The translations under genes were made by a program, and so were the position numbers. Under the pieces are notes generated by a model. The model did not search any database. It was not told the origin of the DNA and worked only from the letters and a program-made list of their open reading frames with translations. Shown in pieces: positions 60,394-64,000 of a stretch of 64,000 nucleotides of DNA. Position 1 is the stretch's first letter; every line of letters starts with the position of its first letter. The stretch is from Basidiobolus meristosporus CBS 931.73 (taxonomy: Eukaryota; Fungi; Basidiobolomycota): assembly GCA_002104905.1 (NCBI GenBank), contig MCFE01000203.1, positions 66,708 to 130,707 on the forward strand, written 5' to 3'.

Positions 60394-63300
60394 TGTAGCT
60401 GAGGGGAACTTGTAGGTAAGTTAATAAGAAGTGATGATAGCTCTTCAGTGCTCAAGACACTGTTCAGTGGGAAGGGGGGTAGCAAGAGAGGTAAGAATGA
60501 CTTGTGAACAACATTAATGAGGGGAATGTGATAAGGATTGATATTCATCATAAAGGGAGTGTGCTGCTGCAGATATTGCTGCCAAAGGTCTGTCAAGTAC
60601 TTCAGGTAGGCCAGCTTGGGCTTTTCTGACTGCAGAATATAGTGAGCAAACTTCTTGACTTCAGGATCTCCAAGTATAGTTCTCCAGCAGGAGCCAGGTG
60701 TTGTGTGGTGTGTTCTCTTCCAGGCCTTAATCAGTGGGTTGTTGCAGTTGTGAAGTCTGAGGTATAATCTGGTTCTAAGGTAGAGAAGTCTGATCTTATA
60801 GGGCATAAACCCAAAAGCACCAAGAATAGCATGTCTGTAGGGGCATTCAGGCAAATGAGGCACCAAGGAGGTAATGCACCATACTGCAAACTTGTCAAGC
60901 TTAGTGCAGTCTCTAGAAGTAAGAGAGAGAAGTGGTAAGCCATATTCCAGGACAGGGAAGACAAACTGCTTGAGTAGAAGGAGGCAGCTGGGAGCTGAAG
61001 TTGTAGGAGGAGTAACAGCCAGTAGCTTGTGGAGTGCCTGTCTTGCCAGGATAATTCTCTTCTTCAGGTGTGCTCCAGAGTCTAGTCCAGTAGGAAGGAA
61101 AGGAAAGCCAAGATATGTAGCAGAAACCTGAGCAGGTAGAGTGGAGTTCTCCAAGTTGATGGGAGAGCCCAAAGGTACTGTCTTTGCAATGGAAAGCTGG
61201 AGATTATTCTTCTGCAGATACTGGTGGATGGTCTGGGAGTCTTGTTGCACATTGGAGGAGGATATTCTGATGTCATCAGCAAAGAGAGTAACCAGGCAGT
61301 CAGCTGAGAGTCTTGGGAAATCATTCAGGAAGATGGCAAACAGTATAGGACCAAGCACAGAGCCTTGAACCACTCCATTAGGAACTGAGAACACAGATGA
61401 TTGCTCACTTGGGTGCAGAATTCTTGCTTGTGGATCCAGAAACAGAGACGTGACAAGGAGGGTGAGAGAGGTACTGGAGAAGCATTGCAACTTGGACCAA
61501 AGCAGATTTCTGTCAACTGAATCAAAGGCTTTAGTAATATCAAACAGAACAGAGAGATACTTGCACTGGAGAGAGTGATCTTGGCTAAGTATGACTGCAT
61601 ATTCCAAGGAGAGGCCAGGAACAAAGCCAAACTGTGTAGGATGAAACTTGAGGGAGTCAGAGTAGAGCTCCTGAGCAAGCAGAAGCTCAAACACCTATCT
61701 GCAGGTGGGCAGCAGAGATATTGGCCTGTAGGAGCTAGGATCCAGGTGCTTTCCTTTACCCTTGTAAAGTGGCAGAACATTTACAAAGGACCATTCCTCA
61801 GGAGTAGAAAGCTGGGCTGAGCATTGCTGAAACAGTGGAAGCAGAAGTGCAGACATGGCCTTGGTACTAGTCTTCAGAAGCTCATAGGAGATTGTGTCCA
61901 CACCTGGAGCAGTAGAGTTGGGAAGCCTCTTGAGCACATTATGGATTCTCCTTTGATCAAGTGCAAGTGGGATGGGCAGAGTCTTGAAGTCAGGATGAAA
62001 GCCAGGAGTTGAGTGCTGCTTTGTAGAGAAGAAGATGTTAGCCAGCTGTTCTGTTGAAGGTAACTTCCTGGCAGAGGGCCTCATTGCCCTGTAGAGTCTT
62101 GAAACTGTTCTTGTTATAGAGTTGGAAGATTGCAGAGGCAAAGAACTCATAATATGATCCCAGAGCTGAGTATGCAGAGTGTGGTGAATTGCCTTGGAGT
62201 GGTGTATGGCTGTCAGGAGGAGTGTCTCTGTTTTTGGGTTAGGGAAACTCAAGTAGCTTTGTTGCAGGGCTGAAACAATGGATTCTCATTTTCTTGAGGT
62301 AATAGCAGTAGTCTTGCATGGCAGTGAGAGGGAGGCAGACACCAGAATCAGATGCTTCACAAAGAGCCAGGCATAGTTGAGATCATCTGGCAGAGAAAGT
62401 AGCAAACTGGCAAGCTTCAAGTAGTTCCCAAAGTCTTTCTTCTGATTCTTGGTAGCTTTGTGGGTGAGCACAGTAAGTTTTGGCAGCTTCTTCTTCACAA
62501 CTGGTTGCATAGAAAGGGACCAGGCTGGGTGGTCAGAGGCTCTCAAGGATCCTAGCTCAGCTCCAGAGAATTGCTTAACTTCATTCACAAAGTAGAGGGC
62601 AGCAGCAGAAGGGCAGATCCAGTCAACACATCTTTTCTCAGATTGAGCACCTAGTGCTAGCAGATGGTTTTCTCTCAGGATGTTCAGCAGGAATGTAGAC
62701 CTTGGCTTCATTCTTGCAGTCAGAGTAGTCTTGTTCTCAGGATGGGGAATGTTGAGATCTCCAAGCAAGATAATAGGTGTTGATATAGATTGCTGGTATT
62801 GCTGAACTTTCTGGCATATAACTTGCACTTCCTGAAGGGCAAGACTTGGAGGCAGATAGCAGAGCACCAGACTGATAGTTGGCAACTGGAGAGCAGCACA
62901 GTAAGGGGAGTAAAGAGGAACACAGAGCTGAGGAGTATTGATGGTAGAAGAGATGAAGCAGATAGAGGAGGTATTCTGTGTTCTAGGAGTAGAAAAGCAA
63001 TATAGATTAGTCAAAAGTATAGAGGGTAGCTGGACATCAATCAAACACAGGAGGGAAAATCTTGAAAGAAGTCTCTCTAGAGTTGGTCTTGGTGGCTGTA
63101 TGCTGTTGCAGTTAAGCAACAGAACCTCAGGTAGTCAGGCAGAGGTTGTAGCTTCTTCAGAGGCAGCATTGACAATGTGAACTGCAGAGTCCCAGAGCTC
63201 TTCATATGGTGCATCACTTAAGTCAGCAAGGAGGGAAATGGCATGATTCTTGAGGAAGTATGCCACATCATAGGAGGGGCTTGTCTCTTGATGGCAGCAA

Positions 63301-64000
63301 AGTAAGACAGAATGGCAACATGGGCTGGAGGCTTGTTGAACAGTAGAGAGTCAGAGGATTCAGATTCTTCAGGCACTATCTTGAAGTCAGTTTTCAGCCA
63401 GTTAAGGTTCTTCTCCACAAAGGCAACAAATGGGTCAGCAATGTTTTGGTCTAGGATAACCTCCAGAATCTTCCCTTTTCTCCAGGCCAGGTTGACAATT
63501 CTTGAGAGCTGAATATTGCATGCCTTGAGTGCTTTCCTGATGTTGGAAATGGGAGTCCAGGGAACTTGCTTCAAGTACACCACAGTCCAGGTAGAAGCTG
63601 GTGGTAGGTTTGCTGGGGGCTTGTAAGTCCTTCTGTGTTGCAATGGAGCTGCAGTAGTCAGATTGGAGTCCACATTCTCAGTAGAGGGTTTTCTTGATGT
63701 GTCTTGCTGAATGGTACTGGAGCTGGATGTGCTGATAATTCTTGCTAGAACCTTGCCTGCATAAGTCTGAGGAATAGCTGAGGTGACTGTAGAGGTGGTG
63801 GCAGCTGGTGCAGGTGGAGAGGCAGAGACTGAAGCAGGAACTGAGGTCACCTGGGAGAAGGCAGTGGAAGCAGGTTTTCTGGAAGGAACAGAGTTCACTA
63901 TCCAGTTGTTCTGTAAAACACTGGAGTAGCTTTTCTGTGGAACAGGATCTTGCTCTTGAACAGGAACAGAAGCAGGAGGCTGGGGCTGAGCAGTAGTGGT
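60211..64000 (-). mobile_element. Non-LTR retrotransposon (LINE): ORF1 plus APE-RT ORF2, inactivated; runs off the window end
   Basis: APE motifs (LLNCNS, LGDLN, SDH); RT motifs PGVD, YRPISLL, QFGF, DITKAFDSV, QGSVLGP, FADD; in-frame stops at 62286 (TGA) and 61695 (TAG); ORF1 with SYS/TYA motifs and a frameshift near 63270. Confidence 0.93.

Noticed and set aside
1-64000. tRNA, rRNA or snoRNA genes
   Set aside because: No convincing cloverleaf, rRNA segment or C/D box pair found by eye; tRNAscan-SE and Infernal would be needed to exclude them

Overview
Eukaryotic (fungal) genomic DNA with short GT-AG introns. Gene content and intron style suggest an early-diverging fungus (Zoopagomycota/Mucoromycota, Basidiobolus-like); this is inference. 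A gene-dense, CpG-rich core (about 4-56 kb) is flanked by two CpG-depleted, transposon-derived compartments. The left flank (1-3.3 kb) holds a secreted D-[P/D]-C-[C/Y/W] tetrapeptide-repeat protein gene, a solo Copia LTR and a dead CACTA transposase. The right flank (56.8-64 kb) is a nested cluster: an older LTR, then a Ty1/Copia element interrupted by a ~730-bp TA-flanked foldback palindrome and by a LINE whose 3' end terminates in CCCTAA. The core encodes a sulfatase, Nma111 protease, an M28 aminopeptidase tandem array (2 intact, 2 decayed), a tetraspanin, GlyRS, a PhzF-family protein and RPL24. It continues with an 8-unit array of flavodoxin-like quinone reductases carrying MinD-like amphipathic C-termini, an APC15-like protein, class II eIF4E, dynein intermediate chain, an Rsa3-domain protein and an NDUFA4-like protein. 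It ends with a LysP-like permease, a Sut1-like sugar transporter and an Skn7 response regulator lying next to an intronless, bacterial-style GAF hybrid histidine kinase. All alignments and counts were done by eye; exon boundaries are my own predictions.
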